Origin: Candidatus Hydrogenedentota bacterium
Lineage (GTDB): Bacteria; Hydrogenedentota; Hydrogenedentia; Hydrogenedentales; SLHB01
Direction: 5' to 3'
Length of the DNA: 64,000 bases
Assembly (NCBI GenBank): GCA_963674865.2
Contig: CAXXYE010000009.1
Coordinates: forward strand, 640,001 to 704,000
Shown here one piece after another: positions 49,546-59,787 of this stretch. The notes beneath the pieces are model-generated. The model ran no database searches. It was given only the letters and a program-made list of their open reading frames with translations, and was not told where the DNA came from. The number at the start of each line of letters is the position of its first letter. The stretch's first letter is position 1. The position numbers and the translations under genes were made by a program.

Positions 49546-51582
49546 ATGCGACAATCCACCCGTAGCTTCTTCTCGTTGATGCTCCTGCTCGTGCTCACCC
49601 GCGCAGCCTATGGAGAGAGTACATTGCTCAACGATGAATTCAGCGCCTATCCTCCGGGGCTCTTCTCGTCAGTGGTCGGCGCCCACACGGAGTATCACTA
49701 CCTGCCCGAAGCGGCACCGAAGGGGAACTGGGCCGTGTCGACGTTTCGCTCGAGTGTGCCGTCGCAACGCGCCTGGCGTGTTGTTGAGGTCGACGGCGAG
49801 GCCGCCATGGCGCAGGTGTACCGCAACAAGTACACCTTCTACCGTCCCATGCTGGTATCCGGCGATGCGGTGTGGCGGGACTACACAGTCACAGTCGAGT
49901 TCACGCCGGAATCTGAAGAAGACCAACGCGGCTTGGTATTCCGGTACCACAACGACCGGTGCTATTACTTCCTGGGCGTGAACGGTCAGCGCGCAGTGCT
50001 GAAGCTCGTCAAGCACGCGACTGGGTTTCACCAACCGTACGAGAAAATTCTCGCCGAGGCTCCCTTGACCTGGGAGCCGGGCGAGCGACTCAGGGCAACG
50101 GCAGTGGTCGAAGGCAGTCGAATCGAGGCGAGCGTTGGGGATGCGACGCTAGCTGTCGACGACGACACCTTCCCGGAAGGCAAAGTGGGTTTGACCGCCG
50201 ACGATGACACCTTGTTCTTCAACGTCGTGGTCAGGGGAAGCACAACTGAAGCAGAGCGCATCAAGAACGCCATCGCGGCGCGTAAGGCTGAAGAAGCCTC
50301 TCTTCAAGCGGCCAATCCTAGGCCGGTCCTTTGGAAACGAATCGACCTGAAGGACTTCGGGGTGGGACGTAACGTGCGTTTCGGCGACCTCGACAACGAC
50401 GGCCAAATCGACGTGCTATTCGGGCAGGTGTTACACCACGGCCCGAAGGATCGGAACAGCGAGTTGAGTTGTCTTACGGCAACGACCTTCGACGGCAAGC
50501 AGCTCTGGAGAATCGGCGAGGCCGATCCCTGGAAGAATCACCTCACCAACGACGTGGCGTTTCAGATCCACGACCTTGACGGCGACGGCAGGAACGAAGT
50601 TGTCTACGCCATGGGCATGGAACTCATCGTCGCCGACGGCGCCACGGGAGAGACCAAGTACTTGGCGCCCACGCCCGCCATGCCGGCCAACACCAAGGCG
50701 CCATACAACCAGTTCCCCCGCATCTTGGGCGACAGCTTGTATTTCTGCGACCTGCGCGGCACGGGGCGCGATGCGGATATCATCATCAAAGACCGCTATC
50801 TCAGCTTGTGGGCCTTGAACGACCGGCTTGAAGTCCTCTGGCACAATCAATGCACCACGGGCCACTATCCCTATGCCTACGACATTGACGACGATGGTAA
50901 GGATGAGTTGATGCTTGGCTACACGCTGTTCGACGACAACGGAGAAAAGCTCTGGTCGCTGGACGACGTCGTCAAAGACCACGCCGACGGTGTGGCCATC
51001 GTTCCCTTCACGCCGGGCGCGTCTCCGCGATTACTCTGCGCCGCGAGCGATGAGGGCATGTTCTTTGCCGACATGCAGGGCAATATCCTCAAACACCACT
51101 ATCTTGGCCACGTTCAGAATCCGGCTATCGCCGATTTCCGGCCTGACCTGCCGGGTTTGGAGGCCCTTTCCATCAACTTCTGGGGCAACCAGGGCATCGT
51201 GCACTTCTACAGCGCCGATGGCGACCTCTACCACGATTTCGAGCCCTGCCAGCACGGCAGCATGTGCCTGCCCATCAACTGGACCGGCAAACCAGGCGAA
51301 TTCTGGATTCTCTCTGCCAATGTGAACGAGGGCGGCATGTTCGACGGCTGGGGACGCCGTGTGGTCCTGTTTCCCGCCGACGGGCATCCCGACATGTGCA
51401 ACGCCGTTCTCGACATCACCGGCGATGCCCGTGAGGAGGTGGTGGTCTGGGATCCGTCCGAGATGTGGATCTACACGCAGAGCGACAACCCGTTGCCGTC
51501 CCTTGACCTTGTGACGGAGAAGAACCCGCTCTACAACCAATCCAACTATCTGACGTCCGTGTCCCTACCGGTGAACCGATAG
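49546..51582 (+). CDS. Rhamnogalacturonan-lyase-like (PL11-like) propeller with N-terminal lectin-like domain
   Basis: Signal peptide; GDLDNDG, HDLDGDGRNEV, TGHYP..YDIDDDGKDE, DHADG, DITGDAREE. Confidence 0.7.
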   Translation: MRQSTRSFFSLMLLLVLTRAAYGESTLLNDEFSAYPPGLFSSVVGAHTEYHYLPEAAPKGNWAVSTFRSSVPSQRAWRVVEVDGEAAMAQVYRNKYTFYRPMLVSGDAVWRDYTVTVEFTPESEEDQRGLVFRYHNDRCYYFLGVNGQRAVLKLVKHATGFHQPYEKILAEAPLTWEPGERLRATAVVEGSRIEASVGDATLAVDDDTFPEGKVGLTADDDTLFFNVVVRGSTTEAERIKNAIAARKAEEASLQAANPRPVLWKRIDLKDFGVGRNVRFGDLDNDGQIDVLFGQVLHHGPKDRNSELSCLTATTFDGKQLWRIGEADPWKNHLTNDVAFQIHDLDGDGRNEVVYAMGMELIVADGATGETKYLAPTPAMPANTKAPYNQFPRILGDSLYFCDLRGTGRDADIIIKDRYLSLWALNDRLEVLWHNQCTTGHYPYAYDIDDDGKDELMLGYTLFDDNGEKLWSLDDVVKDHADGVAIVPFTPGASPRLLCAASDEGMFFADMQGNILKHHYLGHVQNPAIADFRPDLPGLEALSINFWGNQGIVHFYSADGDLYHDFEPCQHGSMCLPINWTGKPGEFWILSANVNEGGMFDGWGRRVVLFPADGHPDMCNAVLDITGDAREEVVVWDPSEMWIYTQSDNPLPSLDLVTEKNPLYNQSNYLTSVSLPVNR

Positions 51583-51601
51583 GCTCCAGGGAGTCTCTCT
51601 A

Positions 51602-53911
51602 ATGAACCGCTTTGAAATTGGCCTTTTTCTGGCGCTGTCCGTAGGTTGCTTCCATGCCGTGTCCCAGGCTGCGGCCACAATCGAGCAGGCGACCTACGGC
51701 CCGGCAAACCACTTCTTTGGCTATATAGGGCATGTCGGCAACACTCCGTGGAATGCGACCGGCAAGTATATGCTCGTGTTACGCACTGAATTCCAGGACC
51801 GAATGCCCGGCCCGCACGATGCAGCAGACATTGTGCTACTGGACACGACGCTGAATTACGCCCCGAGTGTAGTGGAGCAAACGCGCGCATGGAATCCTCA
51901 GCAAGGCACCATGCTGTATTGGAACCCGGGGGCGCCGGAGACACAGTTCTTCTTCAATGACCGCGACCCTGAAACGAACAAGGTCTTTTGCGTCCTCTAC
52001 GACCTCGAAAGGCATCGACGCCTCAAGGAGTACCGCTTTGAGGACACGCCCATCGGGAACAGCGGCGTGGCCCAGGGCGGCGGTTGGTTTCTGGGGTTGA
52101 ACTACGGGCGCATGGACCGGCTGCGTAGAGTGACGGGCTATGCGGATGCGTTCGACTGGACGGGCGATGCGGCCACCCCGGCGAATGACGGCATATTCAG
52201 AGTCAATGTCGAAACGGGAGACAAGACGCTGCTCGTGTCATTTGCCGCCCTCGCGGATCAGATTCGGCCGTTGCGGCCGGATGTGGATGACGTGCCCCTG
52301 TTCATCAATCACACCCTGTGGTCCCGAGACGGGCAGCGAGTCCTTTTCTACCTGCGAGGACACTGGAATGTGCCGACGCCGCGGCTCAATGAATTCTTCA
52401 CCATGCACGCGGACGGGACGCACATCCAGCGGCACGAGACCTTTCCGGGGGGGCACCCTGAATGGGCGCCCGGACACCACATCGTCGGCGCCGTGGACGG
52501 GAAACAGGTCGTCTATGACACGGACAGACGGGTCATTGTGAATGAACTTGGGAACCGCGAGGTGTTTCCGAAGCCCGAAGGCGACATTGCCCTTTCGCCG
52601 GACGGGCGATGGTTCGTGAACGGATACAAGGACAAAGACAGGAACGTTTACGTCGTGTACAACATGGAAACGGGCTCGCATCACATCGTGGCAGCGCTGA
52701 AACGCGGCGTGTACCTGAAGGGGGACGTCCGGCTCGATCCCTCGCCGTGCTGGCGGCGTGACGCCAAAGCCTTTGCCGTGCCCGCAATCGCTCCCGATGG
52801 CTCCCGGCAGACCTATGTGATTCATCTCGAAGCTGACCTCGCTCCTGGCAAGACGGACGCGGAGAAATACGACGCCATCGATACGTCCCTCTTCCTCGAC
52901 AACATCGGACACTGGCAGAGAAAGTACGGGCGTGACAGGAACGACCCCCGATTCCGAACAGACCAGATCGTCGAGATTGCCGATAACATGCTCCGCTACC
53001 AACACGCCGACGGCGGCTGGCCCAAGGAGGTCGACTGGCTCGCCGATATCAGTTACGAGGAGGTCCGCAAGATACGCGGGCCTTCGCTCGAACGCAGCAC
53101 ACTGGACAACCACAGTACCTTCTCGCAGATCGCTTATCTGTCTAAAGTCTATCTGCAAACCGGCGACAACCGGTATATCAATGCCGCCGAGCGGGGCATT
53201 GACTACATCCTGCAGAAGCAGCACGCGAGTGGCGGATGGGCTGGCTCGGATGTGGAAGCCATCACATTCAACGACGATGTCATGACCGGTGTGATGGCTC
53301 TGTTTCTCGACATTCAACAGCAGGCGCCGCATTTTGAGTGGATAGACGATGCGCGCCGCGCTGCCGTGTCCAAGTCTCTTCGACGCGCGATTGAGTGCAC
53401 CCTTGCCTGTCAGATCGTCGTAAACGGTCAGAAGACGGCGTGGTGCCAGCAGCATGATCACGAGATCCTGGCTCCCGTCAGCGCCCGCAGCTATGAATTG
53501 GCTTCAATCTGTTCGAGAGAGAGCACCGATGTTCTGAGGTTCCTCATGTCGCTGCCTGACCAAGACGAACGTACAAAGGACGCCATTCGTGCCGGTGTGG
53601 CGTGGTTGCGTTCCGTTGCGGTCACGGGGATGCGTCTCGAACGCGTACCCATTGAGCCCGCGCGTTTCGAAAACCATACGGCCACCTTTGACAACGTCGT
53701 GAGACTTGATGATGCGGCTCCCCCGATCTGGGCACGGTTCTACGATATCCGAGACAATCGGCCTCTGTTTTGCCGCCGCGACGGGACACGCGTTAATACT
53801 CTGGCGGAAGTTGATCTTGAACGGCGAACCGGATATGCATGGTATGGAAGTTGGCCTCGGAAGCTGATAGAGCGAGACTACCCCGCCTGGCGGAAGGGAC
53901 TCGAGGAATAG
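51602..53911 (+). CDS. Fusion of oligogalacturonate-lyase/TolB-like propeller and PL10 pectate lyase
   Basis: N-half HFFGY, AWNPQQG, NHTLWS, LDPSPCW; C-half QHADGGWPK, STLDN, ITFNDDVM, WCQQHD, ARSYE, WARFY, ERRTGYAWYG. Confidence 0.85.
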   Translation: MNRFEIGLFLALSVGCFHAVSQAAATIEQATYGPANHFFGYIGHVGNTPWNATGKYMLVLRTEFQDRMPGPHDAADIVLLDTTLNYAPSVVEQTRAWNPQQGTMLYWNPGAPETQFFFNDRDPETNKVFCVLYDLERHRRLKEYRFEDTPIGNSGVAQGGGWFLGLNYGRMDRLRRVTGYADAFDWTGDAATPANDGIFRVNVETGDKTLLVSFAALADQIRPLRPDVDDVPLFINHTLWSRDGQRVLFYLRGHWNVPTPRLNEFFTMHADGTHIQRHETFPGGHPEWAPGHHIVGAVDGKQVVYDTDRRVIVNELGNREVFPKPEGDIALSPDGRWFVNGYKDKDRNVYVVYNMETGSHHIVAALKRGVYLKGDVRLDPSPCWRRDAKAFAVPAIAPDGSRQTYVIHLEADLAPGKTDAEKYDAIDTSLFLDNIGHWQRKYGRDRNDPRFRTDQIVEIADNMLRYQHADGGWPKEVDWLADISYEEVRKIRGPSLERSTLDNHSTFSQIAYLSKVYLQTGDNRYINAAERGIDYILQKQHASGGWAGSDVEAITFNDDVMTGVMALFLDIQQQAPHFEWIDDARRAAVSKSLRRAIECTLACQIVVNGQKTAWCQQHDHEILAPVSARSYELASICSRESTDVLRFLMSLPDQDERTKDAIRAGVAWLRSVAVTGMRLERVPIEPARFENHTATFDNVVRLDDAAPPIWARFYDIRDNRPLFCRRDGTRVNTLAEVDLERRTGYAWYGSWPRKLIERDYPAWRKGLEE

Positions 53912-53984
53912 CCCGAGGCCGGGTTCGCGGCGTTGATGATCGCCTATCGCACACGCCTGACTACAAAGGAAGAGGGGATCGTAC

Positions 53985-56240
53985 ATGGCGCGCGTACTTT
54001 CATGTTGCTGCTTGGTCTTCGTCACACTCCAGGCCGTTGCGGAAGGGCCTCTTCTGCGAGCGTTTCCAAGGGCAGAGGGTTTCGGGGCGGCGACCACGGG
54101 CGGACGCAACGGCGCCCTGCACTTTGTTACAACCCTTGACGATTATCTTCCCGGCGAAGAGGTCCCAATGCCCGGGAGTTTTCGAATCGCCGCCAACGCC
54201 CAAGGCCCGCGCTATATCCTGTTTCGAGTGAGTGGGACTATCGCGCTCAAGACGGACCTGTATATCCGCGAGCCTTTCCTGACCGTGGCGGGCCAGAGCG
54301 CGCCCGGTGACGGTATTTGTTTCAGCGACCATATGGTTGTCATAAGCACCCACGACGTTGTCCTGAGACACCTACGGTTTCGGTCAGGCGACCGGCCGAA
54401 GGAGGAGCAGTTGACCGTTGGTATCTTCGGCGGGAACAACAGCATCATTGACCACTGTTCCATGACCTGGGCCACCGACGAGGTGATGAGCTGCTTTGGC
54501 TCCGTTCACAACGTGACCCTCCAGTGGTGCATCATTGCCGAGGGATTGTCGCGGTCCTGTCACCCGAAAGGTGAGCACAGCAAAGGTTCGATTCTGAACG
54601 GCGACGGGGGCATCAGCATTCACCACAGCATCTACGCCCACAACTCGGCCCGCAATCCCCGGGTCGACACCGTAGTGCTCGATTTCCGAAACAATATCAT
54701 CTACGACTGGGGATACCGGGGCGGCTACACCAGCGAGGGCCCTTCGTACATAAACTATGTGGCCAACTACCTGAGGGCCGGCCCTTCAACGCGCGACTCA
54801 ACGGCGGATGACGTTTTTGACGCGGGCGATGACATGCTCCGCATCTACTTCAAAGACAACTACCTGGAGGGCGACGCGGCTCACACGGCCGACAACACGC
54901 TTCTGCTCGACCTGCCCAAAGGGGTCGACGAGGAAGCGTTTCTTGACAAAGTGATTGTGGACCGCCCCTTCAGGGCGCCCGTAGGCAATACCGACGCGCC
55001 TTTGCAGGCCCGCGACCGGGCCCTTGAAGACGCCGGTGCCACGTTGCCGAAACGCGATAGCGCCGACGAACGCTTGATGAAGGAGATTGCCTCCGGTACG
55101 GGGCGCATCATCGACTCGCAGGTCGAAGTGGGAGGGTGGCCCGAACTGAAGACGGGACCGATTCCCATGGACACCGACAATGATGGGATGCCGGACGTCT
55201 GGGAAAGTGCCTACGGACTAGACGCTGATTCGCCTGAAGACTATGTCGTCGACACTGATAAGGATGGATATCCCAATATCGAGGAATTCCTGAACGATAC
55301 GGATCCCATGACTCCTGAACGCGACTGCACACTAACCGCGAACACGTTTCGTACGATCCAGGAATTGGCCCTGGCGCGGTCCGCGCAGGGCAAGGCCGAA
55401 TTCAAGACATCGAAGATCGCCGGCGAACTTGAGCGTATCGAAGCGCGGAACACCGATCTGCAAACGCTGGACGTGAAGGTCGTGTATGGGGATGACGGCA
55501 AACGGGCCGCGGTGCATCTGGGGGATCGCGCAACGATCGATCTGGTCCGGATTCCGGCGGGCACCTTTCTCATGGGGTCGCCCGAGAGTGAAGGGGGCGA
55601 AGCCAACGAACGACCACAGCATGAGGTAACCATCAGTCAGCCCTTCTATATGGCCGCGACGTTAATCACCAACCGCCAGTTCGCCGCACTCTTCGGCCTT
55701 ACTACGGAGCGCCGGGCCCGCGACGGCGAGGAGGATTTCCCAGCGCACGAAGTTGACTGGTTTGAAGCCACCGAATATTGCCGATTGCTGAGCGAGAAGA
55801 CGGGATACACCTTCCGCCTTCCCACCGAGGCCGAATGGGAATACGCTTGCCGGGCAGGCACGACAACCGCCTTCTACACGGGCGACACCATATCGACCGA
55901 CCAGGCGAATTATGACGGCCAGGTGGCCTCACCCTTGAATCCCGCCGGCGAAGACCGCGGAAAGATCATTCGTGTTGCTTCGTTTCCGCCGAATCCGTGG
56001 GGCTTGTATGACATGCACGGCAACCAGGCCGAGTACTGTCAGGACGTTGCCTACCGAGTCTACACGGAAGAACCCGTTACCGATCCGGTACATGCGGCAC
56101 CAACTGGGGCCCGCGTGTTGCGAGGCGGGAAGGCGTCGAGCAAGCCTTTCTACATCCGCTCCGCGTACCGTTACGCGTATGCCCCCGAGGTCGGCTACGG
56201 TTTCCGCGTCGTCATGGGATCGGACCAAGACCTCAAGTGA
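53985..56240 (+). CDS. PL1-like pectate lyase fused to an FGE-sulfatase (SUMF1)-like domain
   Basis: AFPRAEGFG, QSAPGDG, DHCSMTWATDE, ARNP; C-terminus FLMGS, RLPTEAEWEYACRAG, NPWGLYDMHGN, RVLRGG, GFR. Confidence 0.88.
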   Translation: MARVLSCCCLVFVTLQAVAEGPLLRAFPRAEGFGAATTGGRNGALHFVTTLDDYLPGEEVPMPGSFRIAANAQGPRYILFRVSGTIALKTDLYIREPFLTVAGQSAPGDGICFSDHMVVISTHDVVLRHLRFRSGDRPKEEQLTVGIFGGNNSIIDHCSMTWATDEVMSCFGSVHNVTLQWCIIAEGLSRSCHPKGEHSKGSILNGDGGISIHHSIYAHNSARNPRVDTVVLDFRNNIIYDWGYRGGYTSEGPSYINYVANYLRAGPSTRDSTADDVFDAGDDMLRIYFKDNYLEGDAAHTADNTLLLDLPKGVDEEAFLDKVIVDRPFRAPVGNTDAPLQARDRALEDAGATLPKRDSADERLMKEIASGTGRIIDSQVEVGGWPELKTGPIPMDTDNDGMPDVWESAYGLDADSPEDYVVDTDKDGYPNIEEFLNDTDPMTPERDCTLTANTFRTIQELALARSAQGKAEFKTSKIAGELERIEARNTDLQTLDVKVVYGDDGKRAAVHLGDRATIDLVRIPAGTFLMGSPESEGGEANERPQHEVTISQPFYMAATLITNRQFAALFGLTTERRARDGEEDFPAHEVDWFEATEYCRLLSEKTGYTFRLPTEAEWEYACRAGTTTAFYTGDTISTDQANYDGQVASPLNPAGEDRGKIIRVASFPPNPWGLYDMHGNQAEYCQDVAYRVYTEEPVTDPVHAAPTGARVLRGGKASSKPFYIRSAYRYAYAPEVGYGFRVVMGSDQDLK

Positions 56241-56698
56241 ACTGGCGAGCTTCGATGGTGAGCAAGTGCACTCGAATCCGCAACCGTTGGGTTCCTGCAA
56301 CATCGGTGAGGAATCGTGGTCACGGGCCATAGCAGTTGGGATAACGACCTCGGGCGCAAGGATTTGGAGTTAGACGCCCGCATGAAGGGCAGACTAGCAT
56401 TTGGGCCAAGGGCACTCTTGTGCGAATCCTCCAGGAGGTCCCCTAATGTCCTGGGAGAGCGTAGCTTCAGGGACATTCTCCCCCAGGGTACAGGATAGAG
56501 TACACGGTGTGGTCCGGAGCCCGAACACCGACGCGCCGGGTCAGTCAGTTCGTGTGAAGGCCCCCTGCCGCTCACTTCGACCCGCGACTGCAGGGTGGAT
56601 CCCCGCCGCCGCCCTCATTTCAGCACCTTCCAATTGGTGCAAGCGCCGGAGCGGCTCCCCGCAACTCCTTTATTATCAGCACTTACCGTTTTCGGCGT

Positions 56699-56748
56699 CA
56701 GCCTTTCACGCTGGCGACACGGGCTCAAATCCCGTTGGGGTCGCCATT
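56699..56748 (+). repeat. att duplication of the tRNA-Glu 3' half (distal island boundary)
   Basis: 49/50 identical to 22847-22896; T>C change in the T-loop. Confidence 0.95.
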
Positions 56749-56902
56749 TTTCTATCTTGCCGTCAGGAGCAGTCACGGCGCGTCCCCCCTGTCATCGCTA
56801 CCTCTTCTTACTGCGCTACTGATGCCTTTCCCCGTGAAGCGAGGAAGAGCGGCGGCTACCATCCCGTCGCCGGGGAATGGTCCAGGGCCCCGGGGTCTCG
56901 GT

Positions 56903-59419
56903 CTATTCGGCCGCCCCATGGGGCGGCGTATCCAGGTAGTCCACGGAGAATTGGACGGTTCCGCGTTCGCCGGCGTCCAGCATGAACCGTTTTGCGTTCA
57001 TCTCCAGATTGAGCTGGTAGCGAGCCGGCCGCCAATACAGCGAAAGGGATTCGAACTGTTCGGGATCGAAGCGTTGGATTACGCCGAAGTTGCGCTCATG
57101 ACAGTAGAAGGCATAGGCGCCACGGCCGGGATCCTTGAGGCGGTCGAAGGCGGCACTCTCTTCGTCCAGAAAGCCTTGGTTTACCTGCTGCCACATGTCT
57201 CGTAGCACATAGGCGGCCACCGAACGGTCGTCCCTCGTTTGGGTTTCCAGGTCGTATTCGGGATGCACGTGGAACTGATATGCAGTAGGCGTCGCATCGG
57301 GAGCTTGCTGAATGGAGATCGTGAAGTGAACACCCTGCCGGCCGTCTTGCCCGAGCGCAATCGCCTGCTCGAGGTGCGCGCCGTTCGGCAGCGTCTTCCA
57401 CAAACGGATGGAAGACGGTGAATCCACCTCGCCCTGGAATTCCCTCGGCTCGGTTTCCTCGTATCCTTCTTTCCCCCAGATCTCCATGCCCAAGATCCGG
57501 TAGAAGACCCGATTTCGGGCGTGCAGGAGATTGCGGCCGGTGGGTTTGTGCGTCATCTCGACCACGCGTCCGGTGAGCGTGGGCGCCACGGAAACCCGCC
57601 ATGTTTCGTTTTCTATTTGGAGCCCCGGCAGGCCCTCGGTCAGTTTCCGGAGGTCGTCGCGGTATTCTTCGAGGGGGCTCGTTTCCACCACCCGTGTGAC
57701 CCCGTATTTCTTCTGCAAAGCCAGATAGTGCTCGACGAGATCCGTGGGTACATCGATGCGGAGGAGCCCATCATCGAAATGCAGATTGCTGTGAGTCGAA
57801 ATCACGGCCTTATAGGCGCAAAGGGAGGCTTGCTCCACGCGGCGACGTATGGTTTCGCTGCCGGCCATCGATAGCGCTTCGTCAAAGAGGCGCATCCCTT
57901 GCTCGGCCAAGGCCGGGGTGAGGCCCACCTCCGCGGCGGTGGGGAAGCAAGCCGGATGCAAGGCAGCCTTCTCCACGGCGTCGTGCGTGGCGGTGAGAAA
58001 CTCCAAGATAGGCGCTGCGGCCTCGGCATAGTGAAGGCGGCAGAACTCCTCGGCAAGTTCCCAACTGTCGAGGCCCGGGCGCCATAGGCAGCGGCCGATC
58101 ACGTAGTTGCGGAGGTCGCTCATCTCGCCGGCGATGCTTTGGCCGTTGGCCTGCATGAAGACGCCTCTGGCGTGGTTCTCCGCGAAGAAACGCACATTGG
58201 CTCCGATAGCGCGGAGATTCGGAAAAGGAAGGTCATAGCTCCGGAAATTGGTGTTGTAGTTCCAGATCCAGATGTTGTCGGTGATTTCCTTCCATTCGGC
58301 CAAATCGGCGGCAAATGCCCGGTTCTCTTCGCAGTGAAGATCGTTGATGGGGTGAAAGCAGCAACATTCGATGCTGCACAGTTGGATCTGCACATTTTCC
58401 CGGGGGCGGATGGTCTTCGGGGCCTTGCGCGTATACGAATAGGCCAAAGTGCCAATCATGACCTCGGGGTGAGTCTCGGCGATTCGCTCGGCCACCGTAT
58501 TCACGAAGGCAAGGTTGGCGCCCATGGGGCTTCCTTCGCGATCATTGATGGCCTGGCACGCAGGGCATTGGCAATAGTCAGAATTGTCATTCTGGCTCAC
58601 CACGAAGTTGCGCTGCTCGGGATGCTCCTCGATCTGCTTGAGCACGGCGGCGGTGACTAGATCCATAACTTCCGGGTTGGTCACGCAGATCTGCGGCCCG
58701 CTGTATCCGCTGGTGGCGCGGCGCCCGTTGCGGAGGGCGAAATAGTCGGGATTAGTCTTGCCGTACTTTTCAATCGGCACCAACGAGCAATAGGAGTGGC
58801 CAATCAGGCGCTGAGGAGTGGCTCCCCCCAGCCTCTCGTCGGACGTAACGGTATTGCAGCGCAGGCGCGCGGCGAATTCCGGGTGGTCCCGGTTCTCCCG
58901 ATAGTAGGGCCAGCGAAAAGAAAAGGGAGGGACATACGTAACATGCTCGATGGGGATGCGAAGTGAAGCGGCATCCGGGGGCACATAGGTGTGATCGAAG
59001 GTCAAGAATCGCACGCCGCAGAAGCGCTCGAAAAACTCATAGACGGCATAGAGCGTGCCGCGAGGTCGGCCGCCCGCAATCACCAGGGCGCTGCGGCTGA
59101 TATCGATGAAGCACCCTTCCTCGCCCAGTTCCAGGGCATGGAAGGCGGCCCGATGTGCCTTGGCTAGAGCGCTTGGCCCGATGAAGATGCCTTTCTTCTG
59201 GCTGCCCAGCGATTGGATGGGCGGCTCCGAGCCAAGCACCAGGCCCAACAGCCATTGACATTCCTCCGCCGCATAGCACTCGCTGGGAATGGCGTCTTCC
59301 GCGATGAGGATCGGCCACCCATTGAGCCGTTCCAGGGGAATGGTGGCGGCACACGCGGCGGACGCGCCGATCAGCATGCCGAGGAGCGTCGCTACCGTTC
59401 GGACGTGTATCTGCTTCAT
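56903..59419 (-). CDS. DUF4838-domain secreted protein
   Basis: Signal peptide; AGGRPRGTLYAVYEF, QICVTNP, CQCPAC, GTLAY, CSIEC, IWNY. Confidence 0.85.
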   Translation of the reverse strand: MKQIHVRTVATLLGMLIGASAACAATIPLERLNGWPILIAEDAIPSECYAAEECQWLLGLVLGSEPPIQSLGSQKKGIFIGPSALAKAHRAAFHALELGEEGCFIDISRSALVIAGGRPRGTLYAVYEFFERFCGVRFLTFDHTYVPPDAASLRIPIEHVTYVPPFSFRWPYYRENRDHPEFAARLRCNTVTSDERLGGATPQRLIGHSYCSLVPIEKYGKTNPDYFALRNGRRATSGYSGPQICVTNPEVMDLVTAAVLKQIEEHPEQRNFVVSQNDNSDYCQCPACQAINDREGSPMGANLAFVNTVAERIAETHPEVMIGTLAYSYTRKAPKTIRPRENVQIQLCSIECCCFHPINDLHCEENRAFAADLAEWKEITDNIWIWNYNTNFRSYDLPFPNLRAIGANVRFFAENHARGVFMQANGQSIAGEMSDLRNYVIGRCLWRPGLDSWELAEEFCRLHYAEAAAPILEFLTATHDAVEKAALHPACFPTAAEVGLTPALAEQGMRLFDEALSMAGSETIRRRVEQASLCAYKAVISTHSNLHFDDGLLRIDVPTDLVEHYLALQKKYGVTRVVETSPLEEYRDDLRKLTEGLPGLQIENETWRVSVAPTLTGRVVEMTHKPTGRNLLHARNRVFYRILGMEIWGKEGYEETEPREFQGEVDSPSSIRLWKTLPNGAHLEQAIALGQDGRQGVHFTISIQQAPDATPTAYQFHVHPEYDLETQTRDDRSVAAYVLRDMWQQVNQGFLDEESAAFDRLKDPGRGAYAFYCHERNFGVIQRFDPEQFESLSLYWRPARYQLNLEMNAKRFMLDAGERGTVQFSVDYLDTPPHGAAE

Positions 59420-59787
59420 CTCGTTACCTCCCCATCAAATGGCCCTACCGTTTGAGTGCGCCGGATGCCTTGCAATGACAACATAGCATCGTTTCCGGCG
59501 GCCATACCAATCCTGGAAGCCGGATTCCAACTCTCCCCTTATCTGAGATTTCCCATATGGAAACACACGCGGCCGTCCCGGGCTCATTTCCTGCCGCCGT
59601 CCTCTCGGCCGATACCGACGATGCCATTATCAGGGAGTTGCCCAGCCTGTATGCAAGGCAAACAACTACGGCGCAAGTGACAGCCAGATCATGCGATGAG
59701 GGGCAAACGTGTCCCCCCCGCTACGCTTCTCGAACGGCGTTCACCTTCGTGCGAGCGAGGGCCCACGTCGCTGCGGCCTGAGCAGGT

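Noticed and set aside
55900..56690. Diversity-generating retroelement targeting the FGE-like domain
   Set aside because: No reverse transcriptase and no adenine-variant template repeat of the RVLRGG..GFR region seen in the window.
56699..56748. Second functional tRNA-Glu
   Set aside because: Lacks the 5' acceptor strand and D-arm and has a T-loop substitution; it is the att duplication.
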